48,893 nucleotides of DNA from Fidelibacterota bacterium. GTDB lineage: Bacteria > Fidelibacterota > Marinisomatia > Marinisomatales > Marinisomataceae. Made by a program: the position numbers and the translations under genes. The first letter of the stretch is position 1. Every line of letters begins with the position of its first letter. The DNA lies in the NCBI GenBank assembly GCA_018672235.1, contig JABHGE010000026.1, positions 1 to 48,893 of the forward strand. Direction: 5' to 3'. The notes below the pieces were generated by a model. It saw only the letters and a program-made list of their open reading frames with translations. It searched no databases and was not told the DNA's origin. This document shows, piece after piece, positions 47,500 to 48,893 of this stretch.

Positions 47500-47523
47500 T
47501 AATAGGACTATATAAAAAACTAC

Positions 47524-47558
47524 AAAAACCCTAGCATAACTCGCTAGGGTTTTTTGTT
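47524..47558 (+). terminator. Attenuator terminator hairpin
   Basis: AAAAACCCUAGC-AUAACUC-GCUAGGGUUUUUUGUU; lies between the leader ORF and the SD GGAGGT of chorismate mutase. Confidence 0.85.
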
Positions 47559-47572
47559 ATATGGAGGTAAAG

Positions 47573-47833
47573 ATGAACAAAGATATAGAAAAAAACAGAG
47601 ATAGAATTGATACGATTGATAATCAAGTATTTAATTTGTTAATCGATAGATTAGATGCCGTGACAACCATTGGACATATTAAAAAAAAAGAAGGATTTCC
47701 TGTATTAGATCAGAATAGAGAAAATATAATTTATACAAAAATTGATGCAAAATTTTCAAAAATAGAGGCAGATTTTTTAAAAAATATTTATCAATCGATT
47801 ATTACAGAGTCAAAAAAAGTAGAGGAGAAATAA
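47573..47833 (+). CDS. Monofunctional chorismate mutase (AroQ/type II)
   Basis: R.RID.ID, LL.DR, IG.IK, PVLDQNRE, IITES motifs; ATG 47573 follows SD GGAGGT. Confidence 0.9.
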   Translation: MNKDIEKNRDRIDTIDNQVFNLLIDRLDAVTTIGHIKKKEGFPVLDQNRENIIYTKIDAKFSKIEADFLKNIYQSIITESKKVEEK

Positions 47834-48893
47834 TGACTGATTGGACAAAAGATTCATGGAAAAACTTTGATATAAAGCATATTCCTGAATACAAAGATCA
47901 AAACGAGTTAGATGAAGCGCTAGGACGGTTAAGCACATTTCCACCATTGGTATTTGCTGGAGAGTGTAAAAAATTGAAGTCAGAACTAGCAAAAGCGGTA
48001 GAAGGTAAGGCCTTTTTAGTTCAAGGAGGCGATTGCGCTGAAAGCTTTAAGGAATTTAATGCCAATAATATTCGAGATACCTTTCGTGTTATTTTACAAA
48101 TGAGTGCCGTTATCACCTCTAAAATGAAAGTACCTGTTGTTAAATTAGGCAGAATTGCAGGACAATTTGCAAAACCACGATCATCGGATACAGAAACAAT
48201 TGATGGGATAACATTGAACAGTTATTACGGAGACTCAGTGAATGGTATAGAATTTACAGAAAAAGACAGAAATCCTAATCCTGCACGATTATTACATTCG
48301 TATTCACAGTCAGCATCTACGTTAAACCTGATAAGATCTTTTGCCCAAGGAGGATTCGCAAATTTACGTAAAGTCAATTCTTGGAATATGGGATTTGTTA
48401 AGGCGAGCAAGGAAGGCAAGAAATATGAAGAAATTGCAAATAAGATTACAGAATATTTAGATTTCATGGATGCTGTAGGTATCGATACAGAGAAAGTAAT
48501 TGATTTGAATACAGTAGATTTTTATACAAGTCACGAAGGGCTACATCTTCCCTATGAAGAAGCCTTAACTCGAAAGGATTCTTTATCTAATGATATTTAT
48601 TGTACTTCAGCACACTTTATTTGGATTGGAGATAGGACACGTTTTATTAATAGTGCTCATGTAGAGTATTGTAGAGGTATTAGCAATCCTATCGGTATTA
48701 AATGTGGACCATCATTAGATCCAAAAGAATTGATTAAGATTATTGATACAATTAATCCAAGCAATGAGCCGGGTAAAATATCATTAATTTTTCGTTATGG
48801 AGAAAATAATATTGAAACACATCTGCCTAAATTAGTAGATGCAATTAATAGTCATAAGAAATCTGTATTATGGATTTCTGATCCAATGCATGG
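47833..48893 (+). CDS. Class II DAHP synthase (3-deoxy-7-phosphoheptulonate synthase), 3'-truncated by the window edge
   Basis: Absent from the ORF track because it has no stop in the window. Translates MTDWTKDSWKN...FPPLVFAGE...QGGDCAESF...GRIAGQFAKPRS...TSHEGL...WIGDRTR...NPIGIKCGP...SDPMH; ATG overlaps the mutase stop (TAATG). Confidence 0.96.
   Translation, partial: MTDWTKDSWKNFDIKHIPEYKDQNELDEALGRLSTFPPLVFAGECKKLKSELAKAVEGKAFLVQGGDCAESFKEFNANNIRDTFRVILQMSAVITSKMKVPVVKLGRIAGQFAKPRSSDTETIDGITLNSYYGDSVNGIEFTEKDRNPNPARLLHSYSQSASTLNLIRSFAQGGFANLRKVNSWNMGFVKASKEGKKYEEIANKITEYLDFMDAVGIDTEKVIDLNTVDFYTSHEGLHLPYEEALTRKDSLSNDIYCTSAHFIWIGDRTRFINSAHVEYCRGISNPIGIKCGPSLDPKELIKIIDTINPSNEPGKISLIFRYGENNIETHLPKLVDAINSHKKSVLWISDPMH

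Noticed and set aside
47561..47572. Chorismate mutase start at ATG 47561
   Set aside because: That ATG overlaps the SD GGAGGT and abuts the terminator; ATG 47573 is better placed.
1389..48467. Short antisense or nested ORFs in the track (e.g. 1389-1661, 4207-4527, 5852-6088, 7072-7395, 12371-12730, 26702-26974, 48225-48467)
   Set aside because: They lie within or opposite well-supported genes and show no recognisable motifs; treated as shadow ORFs.

Overview
AT-rich (about 30% GC by eye, not computed), densely packed bacterial chromosome segment with about 50 CDSs. I found no tRNA, rRNA, CRISPR array, integrase or transposase. Gene content suggests a streamlined heterotroph near the FCB group, possibly Marinimicrobia-like (inference): DUF4837 and DUF5683 proteins, a sensor-less sigma-54 activator next to lptE, LPS genes, split PntA and many peptidases. 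Core genes include pepA, pntAA/AB/B, pip, alaS, guaB, flavodoxin, rpsT, meaB, tatC, waaA, uvrB, asnS, nadE, lepA, accA, a PpiD-like chaperone and ogt. Main observations: (1) an unannotated Phe/Tyr-rich leader peptide (MKNFFDYYYFRSRGTVEA, 47443-47499) with a terminator and a candidate antiterminator, upstream of a chorismate mutase plus class II DAHP synthase operon; (2) a 540-aa indoleamine 2,3-dioxygenase-family gene with motifs like those of eukaryotic enzymes, co-oriented with a TlpA thioredoxin; (3) a solitary phage-type Gp157 gene near a PD-(D/E)XK nuclease with no prophage around them; (4) a perfect 15-1-15 Fur-box-like palindrome before flavodoxin; (5) a recurring TANNNT box 5-8 nt before start codons that lack an obvious SD, suggesting leaderless mRNAs; (6) an Asp-rich, possibly Ca-binding segment in LptE. 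Family assignments are from motif recognition only; no database searches were run.
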